Positions 1-11,890 are shown, counted from the stretch's first letter. The stretch is 64,000 nt of DNA from Nitrospirota bacterium (GCA_963754875.1 CAVWHO010000010.1:160001-224000); one strand, 5' to 3'. Notes: generated by a model not told the origin, from the sequence alone. A program made the numbers and translations.

Positions 1-220
1 GCGGGGCGTGCGCGTGCCGGTAGTGGGAAGGGTATGCATGGATATGTGCATGATCGATGTGACGGATGTCCCTGGTATCTAGTGAAGGGGATTCCGTTGT
101 CTTGATAGGCAGTCAGGCCGGGAGCGGATCACGGCAGATGATATAGCCAAAAAGACAGGATCAATTGCGTACGAGGTGCTCTGTGGTATCAGCAGTCGAG
201 TCCCGAGGGTTTATCTATAA
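1..220 (+). CDS. alr: Alanine racemase, C-terminal part (5' truncated by window, frameshifted)
   Basis: Manual translation gives [19 protein letters not shown] ... [20 protein letters not shown], the typical Alr C-terminus; TAA at 218-220. Confidence 0.9.
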
Positions 221-224
221 CATA

Positions 225-984
225 TTGGAAACGCTGGGCCGAAGGACGTCGGCCGTGTTCACCGAGATCGGATCCGTTCTCATTTTTCTCGGGCAGACAC
301 TTCGCTGGACCTTCAGCTCTCCATTTTATGTCAAAAGCTTGCTGAAACAGATGGAACTGATCGGCGTCAACTCAATTCCTGTTGTGCTTACCACGGCTCT
401 CTCCACCGGCATGGTGCTTGCGCTCCAGAGCTATACGGGGTTCAAGCGGTTCGGCGCTCAAACGCTCATCGGCACGGTCGTTTCTCTCTCCATGACCAGG
501 GAACTGGGGCCGGTGCTGACCGGCCTCATGGTTGCCGGCAGGGCAGGTGCCTCGATGGCCGCGGAACTCGGCACGATGCGCGTGACCGAACAGATCGATG
601 CGTTGTCTACTCTTGCCACGAACCCGATGAAATATCTCGTCGTGCCGAGGTTCGTGGCAAGCACGGTGATGATGTTCTTTCTGACGATTCTGGGCATGAT
701 CATCGGCATAACGGGCGGCTATTTTGTCGGCGTAAAAGTGCTGGGGACGAACCCGGTCACCTATATCAACAACAGCATCAACTATACCGAGGTGACGGAC
801 ATCTGGTACGGGCTTGATCAAAGCGCTCGTGTTCGGCGCCGTTATCGGACTCATCGGCTGTTACAAAGGATTCAACACCGAAGGCGGCGCTGAGGGCGTG
901 GGCAAGGCAACGACCGGCGCCGTCGTGATTTCCTGCATGCTCATCCTGATCCTGGATTATTTCCTGTCTGCACTGTTATGGTGA
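225..984 (+). CDS. mlaE: MlaE-family ABC permease (frameshift near 815)
   Basis: RELGPVLTGLMVAGRAGASMAAELGTMRVTEQIDAL motif; C-terminus (GCYKGFNTEGGAEGVGKATTGAVV...LLW*) continues in another frame. Confidence 0.9.
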
Positions 985-988
985 CGTC

Positions 989-1746
989 ATGGCAATGATC
1001 GAGATCATCGATGTGCATAAAAGTTTCGGCGAGCTTCAAGGTGCTCCGCGGCGTGAACCTTACGGTGGAAAAGGGCGAGAGCATGACGGTGATCGGCGGC
1101 AGTGGCAGCGGCAAAGAGCGTGCTGCTGAAACATATCATCGGGCTCCTGTTTCCGGACAAGGGACGGGTTATCGTTGATGGCCAGGTGCTGAACGATCTC
1201 GATGAATTCGGCTTGAACGAGCTGCGAAAGAAATTCGGCATGCTGTTTCAGATGGCGGCGCTTTTCGATTCGCTTACGGTATGGGAGAACGTGGGGTTCT
1301 CCCTCAAACAGCATACAAAAATGTCGGACAGGGAAATTCAGAAAGGTCGCGACAGAGAAGTTGGCGCTCGTAGGGCTCAAGGACGTCGAGGACAAGATGC
1401 CGGTCGGAACTTTCCGGCGGGATGAAGAAAAGGGTAGGGCTTGCGCGGGCCATTGCATGGATGCCGAGATAATCCTCTATGACGAACCTACGACGGGTCT
1501 GGACCCGATTGCGGCCGATTCGATCAACGATCTGATCGTGGATCTTCGAAAGAAACTCGGCGTAACATCGGTTCGCTATCACACACGACATGCATAGCGC
1601 ATACAAGATCTCGGACCGTATCGCCATGCTGTACAAGGGAGAGATCCTGGAGATCGGGACTCCTGATCAGATCAGAGAATACGACGAATCCGATCGTTCA
1701 TCAGTTTATTACCGGGAGCGCAGTGGGGCCGATAACGGCAGAGTGA
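989..1746 (+). CDS. mlaF: MlaF-family ABC ATPase (several frameshifts)
   Basis: Fragments MAMIEIIDVHKSFG, GGSGSGKS, MLFQMAALFDSLTV, LYDEPTTGLDP, AMLYKGEI; lies between mlaE and mlaD. Confidence 0.88.
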
Positions 1747-1842
1747 TCCGGATCCAGTTGTGGAGTCAAAATCTAGAGCACCTTTTTTCGAAGACAAAAT
1801 GTTCAAGCTGCAATCCGCAATCTGAAAGAAAACGGAGTTCGC

Positions 1843-3255
1843 ATGGCCAAACTGAGCGCAGAAGCAAAGGTGGGTTTGCTGGTTATCGCAGGCGCGGTTA
1901 TCCTGCTGTACATGACCTTTGCCGTCGGCAAGTACCAGTTCGGGGAGAAGAAGGGGTATCTTCTGCAGGCGACTTTTGACTCGGTAGCCGGTCTCGATGT
2001 AAAGTCGGCTGTGCGGATGGCTGGCGTGAAAATCGGAACTGTTGAAAAAGTTGATCTTGAGGACAGCCGCGCTCGGGTGACGATGAGGATAGACGAGGGC
2101 GTTCATATTCCGCGCGGCACCGAAGCCATGATCAAGACCCTCGGCCTGTTAGGTGAGAAATATGTCGAGTTTGTCCCGGTCAAGACCGGAGCACCCGTGC
2201 AGACCTCACCGGGCGAATCTCCCTATTACGGTCCGGGAGAACGGGTACAGGCAACGGTATCACCGAGCGATGTGGACAAACTCATCAACCAGTTATCTGC
2301 AATATCAGACGATGTTAAACAGATCACGGGATCGCTTCGCCAGGTCCTCGGCACCCAGCAGGGTGAGCGCTCCATGGAAGACATGCTCCATGACCTGCGT
2401 GAGACCACAGCGAACATCAAGGACTTCTCATCTACCCTGCGTAGCGATGGCAGTGAACTGGTTATGAGATTGAACGAACTTGTCGCGAGCCTCAACGGCG
2501 TTGTCAATGACAACCGAGATAACCTTAAGGTCACCATGGAAAATGTCAGAGAAGCTTCGAAAAAGGCTGATCTGGCACTTGCTTCCATTGAAAACGCTGC
2601 GCAGAAGATCGACCGCGGTGAAGGCACGATCGGCAAGCTTGTTAACAATGACAGCATGTATAACAATATTGACAATGCCGCGAAAGGACTCACCGACTAT
2701 GTTTCGCGGATCGAGCGCATGAAAACGATCGTCGGGTTTCGGAGTGAGTACATGTTCCCGCAGTCCAAGAGCTACGCCACACTTGAACTCAAGCCGAGGC
2801 CGGACACCTACTATATCTTCGAGCTGACGTCCGATCCCTTCGGCAACTATACGAGGACGGAAACGTCAACAACGCCGCCGGGCGGTACGGTCGTGACCGA
2901 GACCTACGAGGATAAGTTCAAGTTCAGTGTTGAATTCGCGAAACGGTACGGAAATCTTGCTCTTCGTCTCGGCCTCATAGAGTCCACCGGCGGCATCGGC
3001 GCCGACTATTATGCTTTTGACGACCGGTTCAAATTCAGTCTCGATTCCTGGAACTATAACAGCAGGGAGCCTGGCAACGAAAATACTCATCTGAAAGCTA
3101 CGGCAAACTACAGCCTCAATAAGGTGCTCTTCGTGGACGCCGGGTATGACAACTTCCTTAACCCCCAGCGCAAGTCGGCCTTTGTCGGCCTCGGCCTGCG
3201 GTTTGATGATGAAGATCTGAAGTATCTCCTGGGAAGCATTCCGGTACCCAAATAA
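1843..3255 (+). CDS. mlaD: MCE/MlaD family protein with long helical region and C-terminal beta-rich domain
   Basis: N-terminal TM (EAKVGLLV), MCE motif AGLDVKSAVRMAGVKIGTV, GLLGEKYVE, GEGTIGKL. Confidence 0.88.
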   Translation: MAKLSAEAKVGLLVIAGAVILLYMTFAVGKYQFGEKKGYLLQATFDSVAGLDVKSAVRMAGVKIGTVEKVDLEDSRARVTMRIDEGVHIPRGTEAMIKTLGLLGEKYVEFVPVKTGAPVQTSPGESPYYGPGERVQATVSPSDVDKLINQLSAISDDVKQITGSLRQVLGTQQGERSMEDMLHDLRETTANIKDFSSTLRSDGSELVMRLNELVASLNGVVNDNRDNLKVTMENVREASKKADLALASIENAAQKIDRGEGTIGKLVNNDSMYNNIDNAAKGLTDYVSRIERMKTIVGFRSEYMFPQSKSYATLELKPRPDTYYIFELTSDPFGNYTRTETSTTPPGGTVVTETYEDKFKFSVEFAKRYGNLALRLGLIESTGGIGADYYAFDDRFKFSLDSWNYNSREPGNENTHLKATANYSLNKVLFVDAGYDNFLNPQRKSAFVGLGLRFDDEDLKYLLGSIPVPK

Positions 3256-3285
3256 TGAATAAAGTCAGCTCTACCGCGTCTTGCC

Positions 3286-3314
3286 TTGACATTTTCGGGG
3301 CAGTTACATAGAAT
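3286..3314 (+). promoter_or_regulatory. sigma70-type promoter for galU
   Basis: TTGACA-17 nt-TAGAAT, then GAGGAG Shine-Dalgarno before ATG 3334. Confidence 0.7.
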
Positions 3315-3333
3315 ACCGTTGAGGAGAATAATT

Positions 3334-4203
3334 ATGAACAAGTCGATTACGAAAGCGGTTTTTCCCGCAGCTGGCCTGGGGACTCGTTTCTTGCCGGCAA
3401 CAAAGGCATCTCCCAAAGAAATGTTGCCGCTCGTGGACAAACCCCTGATCCAGTATGTTGTTGAAGAAGCCGTATCATCGGGCATCGACCAGGTCGTGGT
3501 TATTACCGGTCGCGGAAAGAGGGCGATTGAAGACCACTTTGACGTTGCTTTCGAACTGGAAGAAGATCTCAAAGCGAAGGGCAAACATAAATTGCTGTCG
3601 GAAGTGCAGCGGATAGCAAACCTCGTGACCTTCTGCTATATTCGCCAGAAAAAAGCGCTGGGACTTGGCCATGCGGTTTTGATGGCGAAACGCATTATCG
3701 GTGACGAACCTTTTGCAGTACTTCTCGGCGACGATATCATCGATGCTGAAGTCCCTGCACTGCAGCAGATGATGGAGGTCTACAAGCGTTATCCGGCCAC
3801 AATCCTTGCCATACAGAAGGTTCCCAAGTCCCAAACGCACCATTACGGCATTATCGACGGGAAAAAGATCGAGGATGGGATTTACCTTGTTCGAGATCTT
3901 GTAGAAAAACCATCGCCCGATAGAGCGCCGTCCAACCTGGCAATCATAGGCCGCTATATTCTTACGCCGGAGGTATTCCGTTCCCTGGAACATACCAAAC
4001 CGGGAAAGGGCGGTGAAATCCAGCTTACCGACGGACTCAAGATTCTAATGGACAAGCAGCCGATTTATGCCTATGAATTTCAGGGAGCACGGCACGACGC
4101 CGGCGATAAGCTTGGCTTTCTCAAGGCCACCGTGGAGTTCGGATTGAAGAATGTGGAGTTCGGCGACGATTTCAGGAGTTATCTTAAAAAGTTGAAGCTA
4201 TAA
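3334..4203 (+). CDS. galU: UTP--glucose-1-phosphate uridylyltransferase
   Basis: KAVFPAAGLGTRFLPATKASPKEMLPLVDKP, GGEIQLTD. Confidence 0.96.
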   Translation: MNKSITKAVFPAAGLGTRFLPATKASPKEMLPLVDKPLIQYVVEEAVSSGIDQVVVITGRGKRAIEDHFDVAFELEEDLKAKGKHKLLSEVQRIANLVTFCYIRQKKALGLGHAVLMAKRIIGDEPFAVLLGDDIIDAEVPALQQMMEVYKRYPATILAIQKVPKSQTHHYGIIDGKKIEDGIYLVRDLVEKPSPDRAPSNLAIIGRYILTPEVFRSLEHTKPGKGGEIQLTDGLKILMDKQPIYAYEFQGARHDAGDKLGFLKATVEFGLKNVEFGDDFRSYLKKLKL

Positions 4204-4262
4204 GAGCAAGTACCTCAGGGTGCTATTTTGTGCAGGGAAGCGTTTAACATGAGGAGGCCAGT

Positions 4263-6674
4263 TTGGCAAAAACCGAGACAAAAAACATAGATCTCCAGCA
4301 ATCCATTGAGATACCCAAGAAGATACCTTTGCTCCCGATCAGAGACATTGTTGTTTTCCCTTATATGGTGCTGCCGCTCTTCGTGGGACGGGAGATGTCC
4401 ATCAAAGCGATTGAAGTTGCGCTTGAGGGGAACCGGATGATCTTCCTGACCTCGCAGAAGGACATCAATGTGGAGAACCCATCGCCGTCAGATCTGTACA
4501 CCGTAGGCACGGTGGGCGTGATCATGCGGATGCTGAAACTTCCTGACGGTCGCATCAAGATCCTTGTCCAGGGGGTGGCCCGGGCAAAAACGGCCAAGTT
4601 CCTCCAGAAAGAACCTTTCTACCAGGTCGAGATCAAGACCTTTCCCGACGTAGCAACGTCGATCAGTCTCGAAACTGAAGCACTCATGCGGAATGTGAAA
4701 GAGCAGATCGAGAAACTGGTTTCTTTCGGAAAGGTCATTCTTCCGGACATCATGGTGGTCATTGAGAATGTGGACGATCCGGGAAAGCTGGCGGACCTGG
4801 CAGTTGCAAATATGGGCCTTAAGGTAGAACAGGCACAGGAACTCCTCGAAATCGCCGACCCCGTTCAGAGAATCAAGCGCATCAATGAGGCACTCGGAAA
4901 AGAGATCGAACTTCTGTCCATGCAGCAGAAGATCCAGGCTGATGTCCGGGGTGAGATCGACAAGACGCAGCGTGAGTACTTCCTGCGCGAGCAGCTCAAG
5001 GCGATCCAGCGAGAATTGGGAGAGACCGATGACCGTTCCGAGGACATCCGCGAACTTCGCGATAAGATAAAAGACGCCAAGATGCCCGAGAAGGCCGCAA
5101 AGGAGACTGAAAAACAGCTCCGCAGGCTGGAACGCATGCATCCGGATGCAGCTGAAGCTTCCATGACGCGAACGTACATCGAATGGCTGGCCGAGATTCC
5201 GTGGAGCAAGGCGACCAAGGACAACCTCGATCTCAAGACTGCCTACAAGGTGCTCGAAGAAGACCACTACGACCTTGAAAAAGTAAAAGAACGCATTCTT
5301 GAATACCTTTCCGTGCGCAAGCTCAAGGAAAAGATGAAGGGGCCGATCCTGTGTTTTGTAGGGCCGCCGGGGGTCGGCAAGACATCACTCGGCAAATCGA
5401 TTGCACGGGCTCTCGGGAGGGAGTTTGTACGCATTTCGCTTGGCGGCGTGCGTGACGAGGCAGAGATCCGCGGCCACCGGCGCACCTACGTCGGTGCGCT
5501 TCCCGGGAGGATCATCCAGGGCATCAAGACAGCGGGCTACAATAACCCTGTGTTCATGCTCGACGAGATCGACAAAATCGGCGCCGACTTCCGTGGAGAT
5601 CCTTCTGCGGCGCTGCTCGAAGTCCTCGATCCGGAGCAGAACAATTCCTTCAGCGATCATTACATTGGACTGCCTTTTGACCTGTCACGAGTGATGTTTA
5701 TTACAACCGCGAACATGACCGACCCGATCCCGGGACCGCTTAAAGACAGAATGGAGATCATCCACCTCTCCGGTTACACGGAGCAGGAGAAGCTCGGCAT
5801 TGCAAAGAGCTACCTGGTTCCCCGGCAGTTGACGGAGCACGGCATAACGGGAAAGAACATCAGCATCCCCGATAAGACCATTCTTGAGGTCATTTCCCAG
5901 TATACCCGCGAGGCGGGTGTCCGGAACCTCGAACGGGAGATCGGACATCTGTGCCGCAAGGTGGCCAGAAAAGTGGCGGAAGGAGAAACAGGCCTGTTCA
6001 CGATCACCCCGCAGAACCTTCATACGTATCTCGGTGTCCCTAAATATCTGCCGGAAGTCGAACGGGACAAGGATGAAGTCGGCGTGGTGACCGGACTGGC
6101 CTGGACGGAAACGGGTGGTGATATCCTGTATATAGAAGCAACGACCATGCGGGGCAAGGGGAATCTCACCCTCACCGGCCATCTCGGCGACGTAATGAAG
6201 GAGTCGGCCCATGCGGCGCTCACCTATGTTCGATCGCGCGCCGGCCTCCTCGGCATCCAGCCGGACGTATTCGGCAAAACGGACGTGCATATCCACGTGC
6301 CGGCCGGCGCTATTCCCAAGGACGGTCCATCAGCCGGCGTTACGATGGCAACCGCCCTCGCATCGGTATTCACGAATGCGCCGGTCAAGAAGGACCTTGC
6401 CATGACCGGTGAGGTGACCCTGAGGGGAAGGGTGCTCCCGATCGGCGGTCTCAAGGAAAAGACCCTCGCTGCCCGCAGGGCCGGGATCAAGACGATGATC
6501 ATTCCGAAGGAGAATGAAAAGGACCTTGATGATATTCCAAAGTATCTCCGGAAGGACATGCATTTCATTCTCGCGACGACCATGGACGATGTTATATCAA
6601 CGGCCCTGAGAAAAAAAGTCGTGCGACGAATTCCGCATAAAAGACTGCCCGGCAGATCAAAGGCCACGCATTGA
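4263..6674 (+). CDS. lon: ATP-dependent protease La
   Basis: LON N domain, [27 protein letters not shown] catalytic Ser. Confidence 0.97.
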   Translation: MAKTETKNIDLQQSIEIPKKIPLLPIRDIVVFPYMVLPLFVGREMSIKAIEVALEGNRMIFLTSQKDINVENPSPSDLYTVGTVGVIMRMLKLPDGRIKILVQGVARAKTAKFLQKEPFYQVEIKTFPDVATSISLETEALMRNVKEQIEKLVSFGKVILPDIMVVIENVDDPGKLADLAVANMGLKVEQAQELLEIADPVQRIKRINEALGKEIELLSMQQKIQADVRGEIDKTQREYFLREQLKAIQRELGETDDRSEDIRELRDKIKDAKMPEKAAKETEKQLRRLERMHPDAAEASMTRTYIEWLAEIPWSKATKDNLDLKTAYKVLEEDHYDLEKVKERILEYLSVRKLKEKMKGPILCFVGPPGVGKTSLGKSIARALGREFVRISLGGVRDEAEIRGHRRTYVGALPGRIIQGIKTAGYNNPVFMLDEIDKIGADFRGDPSAALLEVLDPEQNNSFSDHYIGLPFDLSRVMFITTANMTDPIPGPLKDRMEIIHLSGYTEQEKLGIAKSYLVPRQLTEHGITGKNISIPDKTILEVISQYTREAGVRNLEREIGHLCRKVARKVAEGETGLFTITPQNLHTYLGVPKYLPEVERDKDEVGVVTGLAWTETGGDILYIEATTMRGKGNLTLTGHLGDVMKESAHAALTYVRSRAGLLGIQPDVFGKTDVHIHVPAGAIPKDGPSAGVTMATALASVFTNAPVKKDLAMTGEVTLRGRVLPIGGLKEKTLAARRAGIKTMIIPKENEKDLDDIPKYLRKDMHFILATTMDDVISTALRKKVVRRIPHKRLPGRSKATH

Positions 6675-6720
6675 GCAACAGGGATTATCGTATAAGAGAC
6701 GAGAGATATCAGAAGAATCG

Positions 6721-7725
6721 ATGAAACTGTCTTCGTTGGGAGAATTCGGGCTGATTGATTCCATACGGAAGTTGTCTGCACGGCAGTCACCCTCTGTGTT
6801 GATCGGCATGGGAGACGATGCCGCAGCGTTAAAGATTGCTCCCGCATCAATTCTGCTTGCAACCACCGACATGCTGCTTGAGGACGTACACTTTGACCTC
6901 TCCTATACGGATTATTATTCTCTCGGTTGGAAAGCAGCGGCGGTTAATCTCAGCGACATCGCAGCAATGGGCGGCATTCCCCGGTTTTGCCTGACCTCGC
7001 TCGGTATCCCACCCTCGGTTCCGGTAGAACAGATAAAGGAGTTTTACCGTGGATTAAACACCGTTCTCCGCAGTCATCGCGCTCTTCTTGTGGGAGGCGA
7101 TACGTGCTTATCCAGGGAGAAACTTATAGTCAATATCGTGGTACTCGGAGAATCCGAGAAACCGAGGATTGTAGCACGGGCCGGCGCCCAACCGGGAGAC
7201 CGAATCTTCGTTACCGGGACATTGGGTGATTCAGCAGCAGGATTGGAGCTGCTCAGAAGCGGCGTCGGATCCAGGGGACGGGGGGCAGGGGAAAAGAAAC
7301 TGATTCAGAGGCATTTACGCCCGGTGCCGCGAGTCGATTGGGGCATGCTGATTGCCCGGTCCAAATGCGCCCATGCCATGATTGACATCAGCGACGGGCT
7401 TTCGTCCGACCTGGCTCATATTTGCGATGAAAGCGGTGTCGGAGCAAAAATATTCGCAGAGAACCTGCCCTATTCGCGGTCTTTGCGTCCCGTAGCGGAC
7501 GCACTCGGGAAAAGTCCGTTGCACTACGCCTTATCGGGCGGAGAGGATTATGAACTCCTCTTTACGGCGCCAAAGAAAAGCAGAATCAAATTGCAGTCAA
7601 TGGGTATTCCTTTGACAGAAATCGGCGAAGTTACAAAGAATCGAAAACTGTTCCTTGTTGACGGTCAGGGCAAAGAAAAGCCGCTTTTACCCGTGGGATA
7701 TGATCACTTTGCACATTCACGGTAA
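6721..7725 (+). CDS. thiL: Thiamine-monophosphate kinase
   Basis: GEFGLI, GDDAA, NLSDIAAMGG, DISDGL, GGEDYELLF. Confidence 0.95.
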   Translation: MKLSSLGEFGLIDSIRKLSARQSPSVLIGMGDDAAALKIAPASILLATTDMLLEDVHFDLSYTDYYSLGWKAAAVNLSDIAAMGGIPRFCLTSLGIPPSVPVEQIKEFYRGLNTVLRSHRALLVGGDTCLSREKLIVNIVVLGESEKPRIVARAGAQPGDRIFVTGTLGDSAAGLELLRSGVGSRGRGAGEKKLIQRHLRPVPRVDWGMLIARSKCAHAMIDISDGLSSDLAHICDESGVGAKIFAENLPYSRSLRPVADALGKSPLHYALSGGEDYELLFTAPKKSRIKLQSMGIPLTEIGEVTKNRKLFLVDGQGKEKPLLPVGYDHFAHSR

Positions 7726-7750
7726 TGCTGCTGGTCTCACATAATTCACG

Positions 7751-8203
7751 ATGAAAAATTATCGCTATATTCGAGAGCGAGTTCGGGCGCTGCTTGAACT
7801 GAACGACCCTCCTCACAAACTTGCACTTGCCTTTTCGCTCGGGGTGTTTATCGCATTTTCACCGACGGTAGGATTGCACATCGTCAGCTGTTTTCTGCTG
7901 GCCTGGGTGTTCCGCGTCAGCAAGGTCGTCGTCCTGAGCGCGTCGTTCATTAATAATCCTTGGACCGTTGTTCCCCTGTATGGTTTTTGCACTTGGTTTG
8001 GCATAAAAATTACCGGTAATGATGCCCCGGTTCCACATATTGCCTGGAACGAACTCACGATTTCCACTGTGTACGTCACGATGAAACCCTACCTCTGGTC
8101 ATTCATCGTGGGGACCCTTACACTCGGGACCGCTGCTGCACTCCTCTCGTATTTTGGATTTTTCTGGTTGGTTGTTCGCTACCGAAAACTAAAAAATCAA
8201 TAA
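7751..8203 (+). CDS. DUF2062-family membrane protein
   Basis: PHKLALAFSLGVFIAFSPTVG...NNPWT pattern; hydrophobic. Confidence 0.8.
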   Translation: MKNYRYIRERVRALLELNDPPHKLALAFSLGVFIAFSPTVGLHIVSCFLLAWVFRVSKVVVLSASFINNPWTVVPLYGFCTWFGIKITGNDAPVPHIAWNELTISTVYVTMKPYLWSFIVGTLTLGTAAALLSYFGFFWLVVRYRKLKNQ

Positions 8204-8496
8204 TGAGGGCTCATGCCCGTTCTCTATTCACACGCGACCGCTTTGACCATCCAGGTGCTATCGATGTCCAATGAAGGACCATGACTTCCGTGCGCAGCAA
8301 TAGATTGAAAGTGGTGCGATATTATTTGTTTTTTGGAGAAAATACTTTTCTGCGGTGGAACGCATGTTTAGCATGCCATGCTCCGATGCAGTCTGTGAGA
8401 GCCAAGTGATTTATGAGTAAAATATTGACTGTTCGCAGAGGATAGATTATCATAACGAATATTCTCAAGCTGCGCTGAAGCAGTGAAGGAGTTTTT

Positions 8497-9527
8497 TTGG
8501 CCGATCCTATCGTTTCCGTTGTTGTCGTAAACTGGAATGGCAAACATCTTCTGGGCGAATGCCTGGATTCGCTGCTTGCCCAACGGGAGGTTAAGGACGT
8601 CGAAATTATCCTCGTTGACAATGGGTCGCGCGACGGGTCAGTAGAGTTTGTTCAGGGACGATATCGAGAACGTTCGCGTGCTCAGCCTGCAGAAAAATAT
8701 CGGTTTTGCAGGAGGCAATAACGCGGGCATTCAGATCGCAACAAGTAAGTACATCGCTCTTTTGAACAATGATACGAAGGCAGATCCTTTCTGGCTGTCA
8801 AGCCTTGTGAAAACAGCGGAAGCTGATAATCATTCTGTCGGGATGTGGGGAGGGAAAATACTTTCCTACAGCAATCCGGACATCATCGATAACGTTGGGC
8901 TCCTCTTGTATCCCGATGGACTGGGACGAGGAAAAGGGCGGTTGGAAAGGGACGAGGGACAGTATGATCGTCCAGGTGAAGCGCTGTTTCCGAGCGGATG
9001 TGCAGGACTCTACCGCAAGGAGATGCTCGACGAGATCGGCCTGTTTGACGAGGATTTCTTTGCTTATGCCGATGACGTCGATATAGGGCTCAGAGCACGG
9101 CTAGCAGGGTGGAGATGCACGTATGTTCCATCGGCAAAAATATTTCACAAGTATTCATCATCATCTTCTGCCTATTCGCCTTTCAAGGCATTCTTAGTCG
9201 AACGGAACAGGATATGGGTACTGCTTAAATATTACCCGTTGGAACTGATAGCCATAAGCCCTTGTTTTACATTCCTGCGACTTCTGGGCCATCTGTACGG
9301 AGCACTCATGGGCAAAGGTGCGAGCGGCGAATTTTCAAAGCAGAATTCCGTGCTGCAAGCACTGTCAATTTTGTTGAAAGCATGGGGATCGGCACTCATG
9401 GCGCTTCCCTTCCATCGTGAAACAGCGCCGGGCAGGCTCCCGGTTGCGCCGCCTTCGCCGGCCTGCTGTCTACAGACTCCTATGCCAGTACCGGTTGTCA
9501 ATCAGAGAAATTGCCCTGAAAGATTAG
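8497..9527 (+). CDS. Glycosyltransferase family 2 (WbbL/RfbF-like), frameshifted near 8660 and 9410
   Basis: VSVVVVNWNG, VDNGSRDGS, NIGFAGGNN, LLNND, FDEDFFAYADDVD; end SIREIALKD* in a shifted frame. Confidence 0.85.
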
Positions 9528-9530
9528 TGT

Positions 9531-10226
9531 ATGAAAATATTGATCATCGTGCCTGCATACAATGAAGAAGAGAGTCTGCCAGGAGTGATTGCCGACCTGA
9601 GAAAGCATGTTCCTTCAGCCGATGTGGTCGTAGTGAATGACGGATCTCGGGATGCTACAGCTCGAATCGCGAAAGACATGGGTGTGAAAGCCTTGGATCT
9701 GCCGTTCAACCTCGGCATCGGCGGGGCTGTCCAGGCGGGATATGTCTATGCTGAACGTCAGGGATACGATACTGCGGTGCAGTTTGATGGCGATGGCCAG
9801 CATGTGGGATTAGAAATCGTTAAACTGCTGCGACCACTGGAAGACGGCATTGCTGATATTGTCATCGGTTCCCGATTCTTAGTTCCCGGGGCCTACAAAG
9901 CCCCCCTATTCAGATCGCTCGGCATCCAGATTTTTTCCTTTACCCTCTCCCGCATTCTCTCTACGGTCGTAACAGACAGTACCTCAGGATTTCGAGCTGC
10001 AAATCGGAGAACAATAGAGTTTTTTGCACGGAGGTACCCTGATGATTATCCGGAAGTCGAATCGCTCGTTCTGGCACACAAGGTAAATCTCAGGATGATT
10101 GAAGTTCCCGTCACGATGCGGGAGCGTACCGCCGGAAAATCATCGATAACGCCTTTGCGTTCAATTTATTATATGACAAAAGTACTCATGGCCATTTTTA
10201 TCGATTTATTAAAAAAAGTGAGGTGA
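9531..10226 (+). CDS. GT2 glycosyltransferase, DPM1/polyprenol-phosphate sugar synthase-like
   Basis: IIVPAYNEE, VNDGSRD, FDGDGQH, IGSRF, DSTSGFRA. Confidence 0.85.
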   Translation: MKILIIVPAYNEEESLPGVIADLRKHVPSADVVVVNDGSRDATARIAKDMGVKALDLPFNLGIGGAVQAGYVYAERQGYDTAVQFDGDGQHVGLEIVKLLRPLEDGIADIVIGSRFLVPGAYKAPLFRSLGIQIFSFTLSRILSTVVTDSTSGFRAANRRTIEFFARRYPDDYPEVESLVLAHKVNLRMIEVPVTMRERTAGKSSITPLRSIYYMTKVLMAIFIDLLKKVR

Positions 10227-10229
10227 CCT

Positions 10230-10616
10230 ATGGACCTTTTGAAAATTCTGGCTATTGTGGGCAGCTGCGCTCTCCTTTTCATAGTGTTTGAGCTTATCAG
10301 GAGGGGCCGGCTCAAAGAACGTTATTCTCTCCTGTGGCTTCTCGCGGGTCTAGTACTTCTCCTCTTGTCCTCATCACGGAATACGCTGGAATTCATATCG
10401 CGACATGTCGGCATCTTCTATCCGCCATCCTTTCTTTTCTTGATTGCTTTTCTTTTCCTTTTGCTCATTACCTTGCATTTTTCCGTGGTGATTTCCGGCT
10501 TGACCGAAAAAAGTAAAAAATTAGCGCAAGAGCTCGCGCTTCTGCGTCAGGAGCTGCAAAATGCGAAGAGAACAGGTCGTGATGATAGTATGAGTGCGTT
10601 GGGAAACGGGAAGTGA
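10230..10616 (+). CDS. DUF2304-family membrane protein
   Basis: LIRRGRLKERYSLLW ... KKLAQELAL; usual partner of DPM1-like GT2. Confidence 0.8.
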   Translation: MDLLKILAIVGSCALLFIVFELIRRGRLKERYSLLWLLAGLVLLLLSSSRNTLEFISRHVGIFYPPSFLFLIAFLFLLLITLHFSVVISGLTEKSKKLAQELALLRQELQNAKRTGRDDSMSALGNGK

Positions 10617-10687
10617 CGGGAAGGGAAAATGCTCTTTACTTTGTCCCATATCCGTGTTACATTTCGACAGTTATCCGCTAAGGAGGA

Positions 10688-11890
10688 ATGGTGGCAGTTA
10701 TGCAGGGTGTTCAAGAAAAAATAAACAGGTTGTTTAGCGGCAAACGGTTTAATCTGGTCGCTTTTGTTCTGATTGCAGCTCTGATCCTAATTTCGTACTC
10801 GAATACTTTTCACTCGGCTTTCCACTTCGACGACAATCCCTCGATCGTGGAAAACCAGGGGATCAGACGCTTTAGCTGGGATAGCGTCGTAGACCAGTTT
10901 TCCGGCACGAGACCAATCGTGAATTTATCACTTTTGTTGAATTACCAGTTGAGCGGTTTGAATCCTGTCGGTTGGCATATCTTCAACATTGGCTTTCATA
11001 TTGCCAACAGTATATTCGTTTATCTCTTCATTCTCTGGACCCTGAATCTTCCTTCTCTCAGCGCACGATATGGCGGAGTACGGGCGAAACGGATGGCCCT
11101 CTTCGGTTCGTTGCTGTTCGCGTTGCATCCGGTCCAGACTGAATCGGTGACGTATATTATCAGCCGAACGGAATTGCTTGCTGCGTTCTTTTACCTGGCG
11201 ACGTTTCTTTTTTTTATTCAAGGCGTACGAACCCGGAAATCCGGTTACTATATCGGATGTTTCTTCATGTCGTTTCTTGCCATGGGCTCAAAGGAATGGG
11301 CAGTAACCCTGCCCGCCATGCTTGTGCTCTACGATTTTCTCTTCATTGCAGAGGGAAAGCTCAAGATGGTCCTATCGCGCTCGATGGCATATATTTTGGT
11401 GGCCTTGCCCTGGGGATTCGTGGCGTATAATTTAACAACATCTAAGCTATCCGGAGCAGGATTCGGCATCACCGGCCAGAATAATATCACGCCGTGGACC
11501 TATCAACTTACCTCATTGAACGTCCTGTGGACCTACATTAGACTTTTGTTCTTCCCTGTCAATCAAAACCTGGATTATTCCTATCCTCTGGCAAGGACCT
11601 TGTTCGAGTTCCCAACGCTGCTCTCGCTGATCGGACATATGTGCGTCGTAGTCGCCTCACTTTGGCTCTATGCTAAAAAGAAATGGACTTTGCTGCCGTT
11701 TGGGGCGGCATGGTTTTATATTACTTTGTCTCCGACCCAGAGCTTCGTTCCAATTCTGGATGTAATTTTTGAGCATCGTCTGTATCTGCCGTCGATTGGT
11801 TTTTTCATCTTCTTTATAACCGCTTTTGAAGAGATCATGGACGCATGGGAAAGGAAGCGATCTGTTTTACGGCGCAGCTCGCCAGTATGA
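10688..11890 (+). CDS. GT-C fold TMTC-like membrane glycosyltransferase without TPR domain
   Basis: FHFDD after TM1, LFALHPVQTESVTYI.SR, SKE, EHRLYLPS; stop follows the membrane domain. Confidence 0.7.
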   Translation: MVAVMQGVQEKINRLFSGKRFNLVAFVLIAALILISYSNTFHSAFHFDDNPSIVENQGIRRFSWDSVVDQFSGTRPIVNLSLLLNYQLSGLNPVGWHIFNIGFHIANSIFVYLFILWTLNLPSLSARYGGVRAKRMALFGSLLFALHPVQTESVTYIISRTELLAAFFYLATFLFFIQGVRTRKSGYYIGCFFMSFLAMGSKEWAVTLPAMLVLYDFLFIAEGKLKMVLSRSMAYILVALPWGFVAYNLTTSKLSGAGFGITGQNNITPWTYQLTSLNVLWTYIRLLFFPVNQNLDYSYPLARTLFEFPTLLSLIGHMCVVVASLWLYAKKKWTLLPFGAAWFYITLSPTQSFVPILDVIFEHRLYLPSIGFFIFFITAFEEIMDAWERKRSVLRRSSPV

